Assembly: GCA_903837785.1 (NCBI GenBank)
Contig: CAILVY010000392.1
Location: 1,140 to 65,139 of the forward strand
Direction: 5' to 3'
Origin: Candidatus Hydrogenedentota bacterium
Lineage (GTDB): Bacteria; Hydrogenedentota; Hydrogenedentia; Hydrogenedentales; CAILVY01
Length of the DNA: 64,000 nucleotides
Position 1 is the stretch's first letter. Every line of letters begins with the position of its first letter. Positions 16,117-26,300 of this stretch are shown here, one piece after another. The notes beneath the pieces were generated by a model, which was given only the letters and a program-made list of their open reading frames with translations, was not told where the DNA came from and made no database searches. Both the position numbers and the translations under genes were made by a program.

Positions 16117-17874
16117 ATGGCCGTGGCACGGCAAGAGAAGACGCCCGAGCGCAAACTCGGTGACATCCTGGTCGAACAGGGTGTGCTGACGCCCCTGCAG
16201 CTGGACGAAGCGCTCCAGCGGCAGCGGCTCACCGGGGACATGCTGGGCCGCGTGCTGGTCACGATGGGGCTGTGCGAAGAGCAGGACATCATCGAGGCGC
16301 TGGGCGTCCAGACCGGCATGGAACGGGTGGATATCTCGCGCATTAAGATCAACGAGAGCATCATCCGCAAGATCTCCGCGGACGTGGCCAAGTTCTACAA
16401 CATCATCCCGATCCGCGAGACCGACGGCACGCTGATCGTGGCGATGGCGGACCCGCTCAACATCCAGATCCTCGACGATCTCCGCCAGATTACGGGGCAG
16501 AACGTGCGCGGCGCCGTCAGCAATGCGACGGACGTGGCCCAGGCCTGGAAGGCCAACTACTCGTTCGAGACCGACTCGATTCACGAGATGTTGATCGATC
16601 TGCAGAACCGCGTGGGCATGGAGGACCTCAGCCTCGCGGAACTCGGCCAGCAGGAAGTGGTGGGCGACGTGGACAACCTCGTCGAACTCGCCCAGCAGCC
16701 TGAAGTCATCAAGATCGTGAACCTGGTTTTCCTCGAGGCCGTGCAGAAGCGTTCGTCCGACATTCACTTCGAGGTCTACGAGGAAACCTTCCGCATCCGC
16801 ATCCGCATTGACGGCGTGCTGCACGAGATCGTGAGCCCGCCCAAAATGCTGGCGCTGGCGCTGGTTTCGCGCGTGAAGATCATCTGCAACATGGACATCG
16901 GCGAACGCCGCCTGCCGCAGGACTCGCGTATTGAACTCAAGGTAGGCGACACGATCATCGACATCCGCGTGGCCACGCTCCCGACGCTCTACGGCGAAGG
17001 CGTGGTGATGCGCATTCTCGACCGCACGGCCATCAAGATCGATCTGGAAAAGATGGGCTTCGCCAAGGACGTGCTCGAGAAGATCCGGCTGGTGATTGCG
17101 CAGCCAAACGGCATTCTGCTCGTGACCGGCCCCACCGGCTCCGGCAAGACGACCACGCTGTACGGGTGCCTCAACGAGCTCAACACCGTGGACGTGAAGA
17201 TCATCACCACGGAAGACCCGGTGGAACTCCAGATCGACCGGCTGGTCCAGGTCCACGTGCATGAGGAAATCGGGTTGACTTTCGCCGCGTGCCTGCGCGC
17301 CATTCTGCGCCAGGACCCGGACATCATCATGGTCGGTGAAATCCGCGACTTGGAGACTGCCCAGATCGCCATCGAGGCTTCGCTGACGGGCCACCTGGTC
17401 CTCAGCACGCTGCACACGAACAGCGCCCCCGAGACGATCACCCGTCTGCTCGATATGGATGTCGAGCCGTTCCTCATCACGGCGTCGCTCGAGGGCGTGG
17501 TGGCGCAACGGCTGCTGCGCGTGCTTTGCCGCCACTGCCGGGCGCCGTACCGGCCCACGGAAGAGGAAATGGAGAACATGGGCCTGCCCAAGCACTGGCG
17601 GCAGGATCCGAAACTGCGCATGTTCAAGGCCAAGGGCTGCCCGGCGTGCGATTACATCGGTTACATGGGCCGCACCGGCCTTTTCGAATTCCTGGAAATC
17701 GACGAGACAGTGGCCGAAATGATCCTGGACCGGGCGATGGCGTTCGACCTCCGGCGCTACGCCCGCAAGAAACAAGGCATGCGAACCCTGCGCGAAGAAG
17801 GACTCATGAAGTGCGTGCAGGGCGTCACGAGCGCCGAGGAAGTCATCGCGCACACGGACAAGTACGAAGATTAA
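16117..17874 (+). CDS. Second PilB/GspE-family assembly ATPase
   Basis: [34 protein letters not shown], tetra-Cys CRHC...CPAC. N-terminal MshEN-like motifs RKLGDILVEQGVLTPLQLDEALQRQ and DMLGRVLVTMGLCEEQDIIEALGVQ. Confidence 0.9.
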   Translation: MAVARQEKTPERKLGDILVEQGVLTPLQLDEALQRQRLTGDMLGRVLVTMGLCEEQDIIEALGVQTGMERVDISRIKINESIIRKISADVAKFYNIIPIRETDGTLIVAMADPLNIQILDDLRQITGQNVRGAVSNATDVAQAWKANYSFETDSIHEMLIDLQNRVGMEDLSLAELGQQEVVGDVDNLVELAQQPEVIKIVNLVFLEAVQKRSSDIHFEVYEETFRIRIRIDGVLHEIVSPPKMLALALVSRVKIICNMDIGERRLPQDSRIELKVGDTIIDIRVATLPTLYGEGVVMRILDRTAIKIDLEKMGFAKDVLEKIRLVIAQPNGILLVTGPTGSGKTTTLYGCLNELNTVDVKIITTEDPVELQIDRLVQVHVHEEIGLTFAACLRAILRQDPDIIMVGEIRDLETAQIAIEASLTGHLVLSTLHTNSAPETITRLLDMDVEPFLITASLEGVVAQRLLRVLCRHCRAPYRPTEEEMENMGLPKHWRQDPKLRMFKAKGCPACDYIGYMGRTGLFEFLEIDETVAEMILDRAMAFDLRRYARKKQGMRTLREEGLMKCVQGVTSAEEVIAHTDKYED

Positions 17875-17918
17875 CGCGCCCGCGCCCGTGCGCGTGCGCC
17901 GGATAAGGAGACTGGCTC

Positions 17919-19163
17919 ATGCCAAAGTACGCTTATCGCGCCCTGAACAAGGAAGGCAAGGAAGTCTTCGGGATCGTGCAAGCGGAAAGCCAGGCGCTCG
18001 CCATCAATGACGTGCGCACGCTTGGGTTGTACCCGACCCATGTCCGCGAGGCCAAGAAGAGCGATGAGCGCCGGGCCCGCCGCGACAAGCGCGGGATCAA
18101 CGAGCTGTATTTCGGCGGCGTCAAGAACAAGCAGATCGTGGTGATGACGCGCCAGCTCGCCACGCTGATCGACGCCGGCCTGCCGCTCCTGCGCAGCCTC
18201 AATGTGCTGATCAACCAGTTGAAGCCCTGCAAGCTGCGCGATATTCTGCGCGAGGTGTCGAGCGACATCCAGTCCGGCTCGACTTTCTCCGAGGCCCTGG
18301 CGAAACACCCCAAACAGTTCGACCGCCTCTTCGTCAACATGGTTCGCGCGGGCGAGGTCGGCGGTATGCTCGAAGTCGTGCTGAACCGGCTCGCGGTGTT
18401 CATGGAGCGCCGCGAATCCCTTCGCCGCCGCGTCAAGGGCGCCATGATCTACCCGGTCGCGGTCGTGATCATCGCCTCGAGCATCGTGGCCTTCCTGCTC
18501 ACCCGCGTCGTGCCGGTCTTCGCCGACATCTTCAAGGAATTCGGCGGGCAGCTTCCCTGGCCCACGCAGTTCCTGATCTCCTGCGGCGATTTCATGGTTT
18601 ACAAGGGCATCTGGGCGATCCCGGCCACGATCGGCTGGTCCATCATCGGGCTCAAGTTCTTCTTCAAGATCCATTCCGTCCGCCGCGTCCGCGACCGGCT
18701 CGTGCTCAAGATCCCCCTGGTCGGCGACCTTATCACAAAGGTGGCCGTCGCCCGTTTCGCGCGCACACTCGGCACCCTCATCACGTCCGGCGTGCCCATC
18801 CTGCAGGCCCTCAAGATCACGAAGGAAACCATCAGCAACGAGATCATCCAGGACGCCGTCGACAAGGTTCACGACAGCATCAAGGAAGGCGACACGATCG
18901 CCGCGCCGCTCGATTCGACCAAGGTCTTTCCCACGATGGTGGTCAACATGATCGACGTCGGCGAGGAAACCGGCAGCCTCGATCAGATGCTCATGAAGGT
19001 CGCGGACATTTACGACGCCGAAGTCGAGATGGCGGTCGAGGCCATGCTGCGCCTCATGGAACCCGCCATCATCATCGTCCTCGGCGGCGTCATCGGGTTC
19101 ATCGTCGTATCGCTCTATCTCCCCATCTTCACCCTGGGCGACACGATCAACGGCAGCCAGTGA
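17919..19163 (+). CDS. pilC: Platform protein PilC/GspF family
   Basis: MPKYAYRALNKEGKEVFG..., duplicated T2SF domains and three TM segments. AAGGAG RBS. Confidence 0.9.
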   Translation: MPKYAYRALNKEGKEVFGIVQAESQALAINDVRTLGLYPTHVREAKKSDERRARRDKRGINELYFGGVKNKQIVVMTRQLATLIDAGLPLLRSLNVLINQLKPCKLRDILREVSSDIQSGSTFSEALAKHPKQFDRLFVNMVRAGEVGGMLEVVLNRLAVFMERRESLRRRVKGAMIYPVAVVIIASSIVAFLLTRVVPVFADIFKEFGGQLPWPTQFLISCGDFMVYKGIWAIPATIGWSIIGLKFFFKIHSVRRVRDRLVLKIPLVGDLITKVAVARFARTLGTLITSGVPILQALKITKETISNEIIQDAVDKVHDSIKEGDTIAAPLDSTKVFPTMVVNMIDVGEETGSLDQMLMKVADIYDAEVEMAVEAMLRLMEPAIIIVLGGVIGFIVVSLYLPIFTLGDTINGSQ

Positions 19164-19268
19164 TTCTGCGCGCGGCGCGCGCTCGCAATACATCAGTTTA
19201 ACCGAGGCAGAAGGCAGCAGAAGTGGATAGGCACCCAAGATTAACGGGGGTGTGAAAAAGGAGGTCGT

Positions 19269-20168
19269 ATGACTCGTCTGAGAAAGAGCAAACAAGGGTT
19301 CACCCTGGTGGAACTCCTGGTCGTGATGGCCATCATCGCCATCCTGACCGCCATCGTCGTGCCCAACGTCGTCAAGTACATCCGCAAGGGCCGCGTGACC
19401 CGCGCCCAGGCCGAGGTCAAGAGCATCGAGCTCTCGCTCGTGCGCATGATCACGGATGCGGATCGCAACAATCTTTCGCATTTGTTCAATCCGGGCGGCG
19501 TGGATGTGTTCCTTTCGCGTTTCGGCGATCCGATCACCGATGCGGCCGCCCGCATGGAGGCGGCGCAGTACCTGTACACCAACACCTTCTATGCGCTGCT
19601 GCGCGAAGGCCGTGCGGCCCTCACCGATTCCTTCGTGTCGCCGGACATTCCGGATTCGGATAAGCTCCGGTGGACCATCACCTTCGGCGACGTTCTGGAC
19701 GGCAACGTCGTGAAGAAGCTCGGCACCAGTTACCTGGCCGACATCCGCACGGACCCCTGGGGCAACCTCTATCAGATTTATCCCGGCCCCTGGCCCGCCC
19801 GCATGCGGCTCACCGATCTCTCCATTTCGGACAACCCGAACATGTTCCGCATTTACCAGGTGGAGAAGCAGGAGAATCTGCCCGGCTCGAAGGGCGGCGG
19901 GCGTCCGGACGCGCTCACGCTGGTCGATCGGCTTGACAGTGAAACCGGCCTGACCGAGACCTTCGGCTATGCCGCGCCGCGGGACAGTGTGGCGTTCATC
20001 TGGTCCATCGGCGAAAACATGGTCTCCGGACAGGTGCTCTACAACAATGTAGGCTACATCGCCAACGATGAAGGCCAGTATCCTGAGCAGGACCTGTTTT
20101 ACAAGGGCGGCGGCGACGACATCAACAACTGGGACAGCGGCCGGAGTTGGGAGCGTCTGTATAACTAA
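19269..20168 (+). CDS. Major prepilin/pseudopilin, GspG-like N-terminal region with an enlarged (299 aa) globular domain
   Basis: Leader MTRLRKSKQG/FTLVELLVVMAIIAILTAIVVPNVVKYIRKGRVTRAQAEV. Very strong RBS (AAAAAGGAGG-N5-ATG). First of four consecutive prepilin genes. Confidence 0.85.
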   Translation: MTRLRKSKQGFTLVELLVVMAIIAILTAIVVPNVVKYIRKGRVTRAQAEVKSIELSLVRMITDADRNNLSHLFNPGGVDVFLSRFGDPITDAAARMEAAQYLYTNTFYALLREGRAALTDSFVSPDIPDSDKLRWTITFGDVLDGNVVKKLGTSYLADIRTDPWGNLYQIYPGPWPARMRLTDLSISDNPNMFRIYQVEKQENLPGSKGGGRPDALTLVDRLDSETGLTETFGYAAPRDSVAFIWSIGENMVSGQVLYNNVGYIANDEGQYPEQDLFYKGGGDDINNWDSGRSWERLYN

Positions 20169-20203
20169 CCGCGAGCCCCGCTCGGCGCAGAGGAGTATGT
20201 GAC

Positions 20204-21091
20204 GTGTTGAGGCGAGGCAATTCGAAAGCGGCCGGTTTCAGCCTCGTGGAACTGATCGTGGTGATGACCATCTTCGTCATTCTGGCGGCGATGGCCGTCG
20301 CCGGCTTTGCCCGCCTCCCCATCTTTTCCCGAAACGAACTCAACAACACGGCGCAGGAACTCCACTCGCTGCTCGTTGCGGCCAACGTGTATGCCTCGGC
20401 CCAGCACGTCAACACGGCCGTGGTGTACGAAATCGACAATTTCGGCGCCATGACGAAGCCAATCGTCGATAGCGTGACCCAGCAGCCGTTGCGCGTTCTC
20501 CAGAGCGCGGCCATGATGTATCAGCTTCCCTCGGGGCCGAACAAGGGGGCGTACGCCTCGGTGCCCACAGACGACGGCAATTTCCGGAAGTTTCCCGGCG
20601 GCATGGTTGTTTTCCTTTGGGAAATGGAACCACGACGATGGGACGGAACAGAGCCGGTCAACCTGTTGATGCCGTACTACAGCGATCCGGACGCGGGGTT
20701 TGATGCGAGCGCGACGAACTGCGCCCCCGCCTCGGAGGCGGAGCGGCATGTCCAGATGCTGGGGCGCCTGGGCATGAACATCATCAGTGTGTTCGACGAG
20801 AACCGGGGTGCCGGCGTGCTGATGCCCGCCCACGTGTTTACCCCGTCCAACAGGATTGATGTCGCCGCGGTGACGGCCTGTGGGGCGGCCGGGACGGACT
20901 CGATGCGTGAGCGCTACCGCATTTATGTCGGCCCCAGTCCGGACACGGCACCCGATGCCCGGTTGGTGAATAATGAGACGACAGAGCCGCTGGTCCGGGT
21001 GAAGGAGGCGGACGACTTCCTTTACCCGAACCTCGTGGCCATCCCCATCGACCTCCATGCCTCAACCGGCCGCGTGAGGATCGGATCATGA
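20204..21091 (+). CDS. Minor prepilin, GspH/FimT-like
   Basis: NSKAAG/FSLVELIVVMTIFVILAAMAVAGF. GTG start with AGGAG 8 nt upstream. Confidence 0.75.
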   Translation: MLRRGNSKAAGFSLVELIVVMTIFVILAAMAVAGFARLPIFSRNELNNTAQELHSLLVAANVYASAQHVNTAVVYEIDNFGAMTKPIVDSVTQQPLRVLQSAAMMYQLPSGPNKGAYASVPTDDGNFRKFPGGMVVFLWEMEPRRWDGTEPVNLLMPYYSDPDAGFDASATNCAPASEAERHVQMLGRLGMNIISVFDENRGAGVLMPAHVFTPSNRIDVAAVTACGAAGTDSMRERYRIYVGPSPDTAPDARLVNNETTEPLVRVKEADDFLYPNLVAIPIDLHASTGRVRIGS

Positions 21092-21516
21092 AACAGCAGA
21101 AAGCAATACGAAGGCTGGGCTTCACGCTGCTCGAAGTGCTCGTGGCGATGACCATTCTGGGCGTGGCCATCATCGCGGTCATGCGATTGTTCCCGATCTC
21201 GCTGCAGAACACGCATCGTGCGGCGGAGCAGACCACCGTGGCGTCGCTCGCGCGGATGGAACTGGGCCGGGCGCGTGCGAGCGGGGTGTACAACCAGGAC
21301 AATTTCCAGCCGTGGATGCAGAACTGGGCGCAGCAGAACGCCCTGCGCATGCTGACGGAAGCCCAGCGCGCCTACACGCTTTACGACAGTTGGCGCAGTT
21401 CGGTGCAGCGCGTCGGCGGCGGCCCCTCGGGCGTCGATCTGTACCGGATCACCTTCTCGGTGAAACTACTGGATGGGCGCCAGGAGAAGTTCGTGACTTA
21501 CGTGACAGAGTTATAG
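21088..21516 (+). CDS. Minor prepilin, GspI/PilV-like
   Basis: MKQQKAIRRLG/FTLLEVLVAMTILGVAIIAVMRLFP. 142 aa. ATGA overlap with the preceding gene. Confidence 0.78.
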   Translation: MKQQKAIRRLGFTLLEVLVAMTILGVAIIAVMRLFPISLQNTHRAAEQTTVASLARMELGRARASGVYNQDNFQPWMQNWAQQNALRMLTEAQRAYTLYDSWRSSVQRVGGGPSGVDLYRITFSVKLLDGRQEKFVTYVTEL

Positions 21517-21632
21517 TCAAACGCGCGAAGCGAAACAGAGAAACCAAGAATCAGAAACCCCGAACTGAAATCAACGCCGTGAACGCAAGATCCCAAACAA
21601 ACGCGCCGAAGCCGCCCTCTCGCAAGGGTGAT

Positions 21633-23189
21633 GTGCGCATTCCCCGCTCGCGGCGCGCCGGCTTGACGATGGCGGAGCTGCTGGTGGCCATGGCCATCTT
21701 CGCGGTGCTTGTCGCGGGAATTGCCACGCTGTTCACCGCGGCGATTGGCTCGGCGCGCAATGCGCGCGAAGTGAGCAAGGCCTACGAACAGGGGCGCGTC
21801 GCGCTGGGCATCATGGAACGGGATCTGACGGCGGCGTTTACTGCGCGCGAGCAGGCGCAGACGCAGCAGTTCTACGGGCAACCCGACGGCTACATGTTCG
21901 TGGGCCGGCTCGAGGCCACCTCTTCCGGGAGCGGCAGCACCGGCCTGTGCCGCAGCACTTTTGTGATCCATCCCTCGATCAGCACCGAGGTCTTCGAAAC
22001 GCAACTCGTGGAGGCGTGGGGGGTGCTTCGCGGCCATGTCCAGGAACAGGCGAGGCACCGGGCGGAAATTGCGGGCGCCGATGCGGAGGCGGCGATGACG
22101 GATGCCCGGGCGCTCTTTGACGCCATGTACCCGCTTCCCGCCGGGGGCGACAACGGCGTCATCGAGGTTCCGGTGCGGGTCACCACGAACGCGCTGCTGC
22201 ACATCGTCGAACCCGGCAAGTCGGATCTGGAAGACTTCGACCTACCCAAACTTCCCTCGTCCCCGGCAACGGCTCCCGTGTACCTGGAGTGGCCGTACAT
22301 CAGCCTCGAATTGCCGTCGAGCAATTACGAGACGGCCGACAACTTCGTCTTCAGCCAGGCGAACAATCCGAGCCTGTCCGATGAGGACAAGAATGTGGCC
22401 GCCGCCATCAAGTATGCGCTCTATCTGGAATTGATTTCCGCCATCAATCCGAGCGCAAAGACGCAGACCCCGGGCACGCCTGCGTTCTTCGCCTATGACC
22501 TGCGCCGGCTCATCTGGGCGGTTCCGGGGCTGAATACGTTGGGGACGGACGCGATCCAGAGCCTCCTGGCCGCGAAGAAACGGGAGATTTGGATTCGCAT
22601 TCTGTCGGAAGACCCGACACTTCTTTACGGATCGGCCGGGGCGCAGGCTGTAATCGGCAACACCTGCTGGATCATGTGGGGCGCGCAAGGGCGGCAAGTC
22701 GGCGATTTCGTCCTGGCCGAGCGCATCCTTCGCACCGCGCAGATTCTCGATTCCCGCACCGGGGATCCCGTCTGGATGCCGCCGGTGCCGGGGAATCCGC
22801 TGCTGGAGCCGATGGATGCCCTGTACCTCCCGGGGATCTTCCAGTATGGGAACGGGAACGAGCAGTTTGACCTGTACTTCAACGACTGCATGAACGTCAA
22901 TGCGCCTTCGAGCGGCGGCCTGAGCCATCTGCAATACGCGCGGATCGCGCAGCCCACCGCGGCGAACGTCCAGAGTTTCGACAAGACCTTGACGGAGATG
23001 AAGCAGGATCAGGCGGTGACGCAGGTCCTGGGCTCGCCGATGGATCCGCGTTTGCCCTATCTGGTTTCGCAGCAATTCTACGTGATGTCCGAACGGCCCT
23101 TGGCGGGTTCCTCTGACGTCCGAAAGTGGTTTTCGCAAGTCATCACGTTGCCGAGTGGATTTAGCCGGAGCGCGAATAGCGGGGGTTAA
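21633..23189 (+). CDS. Minor prepilin, GspJ/PilW-like (about 518 aa)
   Basis: Prepilin-like ...RSRRAG/LTMAELLVAMAIFAVLVAGIATLF followed by a GspJ-like ...GRVALGIMERDLTAAF. The start is uncertain: GTG 21633 gives an 11-aa leader and GTG 21579 gives 29 aa. The ORF-track start 21312 overlaps the previous gene and was rejected. Confidence 0.7.
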   Translation: MRIPRSRRAGLTMAELLVAMAIFAVLVAGIATLFTAAIGSARNAREVSKAYEQGRVALGIMERDLTAAFTAREQAQTQQFYGQPDGYMFVGRLEATSSGSGSTGLCRSTFVIHPSISTEVFETQLVEAWGVLRGHVQEQARHRAEIAGADAEAAMTDARALFDAMYPLPAGGDNGVIEVPVRVTTNALLHIVEPGKSDLEDFDLPKLPSSPATAPVYLEWPYISLELPSSNYETADNFVFSQANNPSLSDEDKNVAAAIKYALYLELISAINPSAKTQTPGTPAFFAYDLRRLIWAVPGLNTLGTDAIQSLLAAKKREIWIRILSEDPTLLYGSAGAQAVIGNTCWIMWGAQGRQVGDFVLAERILRTAQILDSRTGDPVWMPPVPGNPLLEPMDALYLPGIFQYGNGNEQFDLYFNDCMNVNAPSSGGLSHLQYARIAQPTAANVQSFDKTLTEMKQDQAVTQVLGSPMDPRLPYLVSQQFYVMSERPLAGSSDVRKWFSQVITLPSGFSRSANSGG

Positions 23190-23363
23190 TAGGAGTGAGA
23201 AAGGGATTAGCGATCGTAGTTTTCGGAACCGGGATGTGACAGTGTCGTTGACGGTTCGGGTTCTCTTGCCGGCGGGCGGCGGGGGATGCGCCCTCTCCCC
23301 GGCCGGGTGGACAACGGACAGTCAAAGCATCCACAATCTGGGTTACGGAAGCCAGGATCGCCA

Positions 23364-26300
23364 ATGAGGCATATTATGAGACGCAGAAACGACTCCGGCG
23401 CGGCGCTTATCATCGCTATCGGCATTATGGTGATCCTGTTGGCCATTGCGCTGACCTTCTTCGCCGTGAGCCGCCTGGAACTGACCACCGCCACGAATGT
23501 CACGAACGCCGTGCGCGCCGACAACATCGCGGACGCCGCCAACGCCATCGCGATCCACGGCCTGAACAACGAGTTCATCCGCCACCCGAACGTCACCTCG
23601 ACCGACCACGCGTGGCGCACCTACTTCAACGGGGCGGCCTTCGCGGGCAAGCCTTGGGCGATGCGCAATGGCGTGCCGCTGCAGGCGGGGGGCGTTCCGC
23701 TGATCGATTTGAGCAAGTTCGATTTGGCCTCGACGCTGTTTGTCCGTTTTCCAGACAATTACGTCGAGCCGCTGTATCGCGGCGAACGCACGATGAACTG
23801 GCTCTACATCCCCCGGTTCGAGGGGGGCGTCCCGGTCTTCTACAGCCAGGCCACCCTGGAATACGCGAACGGCGCCGTGGTCTCCGTGCCCTATGCCCCG
23901 TTCAATGCGTTGAACAACCCCTTCGTCACGTCAGATTATTACGGCAGGCCCTCGGTCAACAACAGTCCCCTGTTTGGCGTGCCGCCGAACGAGGACGACG
24001 GGCTGCAGTACCCGACCGAGCAGATTGACGCCTGGACGGACGTGGACAACGACGGGGACGGCCTGCGCGATTCGCTGTGGCTGCCGATCCCGGCGGACCT
24101 CTTCTTCCCGAGCGACGGGGTGGACAACAATCTCAACGGGCTGATGGATGAGAGCCAGGAAAACACGTTCAACCAGGGCGGCGATGAGGACGGCGACGGG
24201 TATATCGGGTGGTACCGCGAGAGCGAAATTCTGGGCCGCCGGCTCGACCCGAGTCTTCCCGGCGACCGCGACACGCTGCCCAATGGCAATTTCGATCCGG
24301 ACGAGGCCATGGAAGCCGGCGTCTTCGTGTATAACGGCCTGGGCGAACCCGTGGACCTGGGCGACGGCGTTCCGAAACGCTTCGGCGACGGCCTGGACAA
24401 TGACGGGAACGGCCAGGTGGACGAAGCGGCCGAAGACCGGCTCTTTCTTTCCGCGCCGCTGCCGGGCATCTGGATTCCGGTGGATTTCAACGCGGACGGC
24501 ATTCCGGGCGATCTCGTGCCCGACGCCACCGGGCAGGCCAAGCCCCTCCGGGTGAAGGTTCCCGACACGATCCGGGTGCTGCTGGCGGGCGGGGCGGTGG
24601 CCACGGTGGGTGTCGCGGATGTGGACAAGCTGGACAACGACTTCGACCTCTTCGTCAACAACTACAGCACGTATGCCTACGTGGGCCCGAACACGCACAA
24701 CGCCGAGGCGTACCCGCCGTACCGTCTACGCGGCTACCGCTACCTCGGCAGCGACGGCACGAACCAGTTCTGGGATACGCAGGAAGACCCCTCGGCGATC
24801 AATTCGAATCTGCCCGCCGGCGACCTGTTCTATACCGCCGCGTGGATCTTGCCGGGCAACTGGAACGTGAAGGATCTGGACCTCTACGCGCTGCCGCGTT
24901 CGCGCGCCTATCGCGACATCAACCTCCAGACTTCCTTTGGCGGCGTTGCCGGGCTCGTCTTCGATCCGCCGATCGGGGACTATCAGAAGCTCAACGCGGA
25001 CGGGACCATGACCGCGGTGCACGTGGATTACGCCACGCTCGTGGCGCAGAGCCTCCGCATTACGCATTCCGGCGAGCCCGTCTGCGAACTGGCCGGCCGC
25101 ATGGCCGTCCTCATCACCGACGAGGCCAGCAAGGCCAGCCTCAACGCGGACGGCGGCCACAGTTACCGGGAAGGTCCCGATACGATGGCACGGGCGCTTA
25201 ACGAGGGCGCCTCGGCCGCCGAATACGACACCCGCGTGCTCCCCGATTTCGGCGTGGGGCGCTCCGCACAGGCCTGGAGCGTGCTCACCGGTTCGCCGGA
25301 CGGCACCGGCATCCTGCCGGCCGACAAGACGCCCTACGGCTATGACAAGAGCTTTCCGGGCTACGGGCGCACTGACGACAACAGCAATCTGTTCCTGCTT
25401 GCGTTCAATGGCCGCGACGACGACGGCGACGGCCTGGTCGACGAAGGGCTGCGCATTCCGCAGCCCGGCGACCCGGATTATCCGGGCAAGTGGTTCGAAT
25501 ACATCCAGCAACTGGGGTTCTTCGAGGGCATTGACGAACCGCAGGAACTCCAGCGGAGTGCGCCGCTCCGCAACGAGATCGCCGAGCGCCAGTTCAACGA
25601 AATCGGGAGCCTGGGCGATCGCCAGTTGAACGACATTGACCAGATCAAGCAGGTCAACGGTATCGGCGACACGATTTTTGACCGGCTGCGCAACCTGATC
25701 ACCGTGCACAGCACGGACCGGAACGTCGCCTATGTTCAGGACGCGTTCGGCAACCACCGCGCGGCCCACCGGCTCGACTTCAATTATGCGGGCGCCAAGC
25801 AGATTGCCGCGCAACTGCTCACCTACGGGGATTTCGCGCCGGCCACGCGCCGCTCGGACCTATTCACGAATTTCGACAATGCCATGCCGCCCGGCCCCGC
25901 GACGCAGCCGTTCTTCACGCAGGTGAACAGCGCGGCCGCCTTCGCCGAAGGGCTCCGGCAGAACGGCGCCCGGCTTTCCGCGCCCCCGATACATCCGGTG
26001 GCCGCGGGCGCCGATCTCGTGACGCAACTTGAAAGCGGCGGCGGGGGCTTCCTGCACGTGTTGGACCCCGGGAGCGAGTACATTCCGGTCACCAATCCGG
26101 CCACGCAGCACGCCTTCCCGGCCGACCCGTTCCTCGAAGCGCTGCAGATCGCCACGGACGTCGTGGATAACCGCGATTTCGACCACGCCCGCACCACGCT
26201 CACCACCGAGAAACTCGACATTCTTCCCGTCAACAACATCGGCGTGCCCTGGCCGGCGAGCCTGAACGACCGCGAGGCCGTGCCCGATGCCCAGGTGCTC

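Noticed and set aside
19222-19245. Possible sigma54 promoter (GGCAC...TT) upstream of the major pilin gene.
   Set aside because: The GG-N10-GC spacing fails: TA sits where the -12 GC should be. There is no TTGC element.
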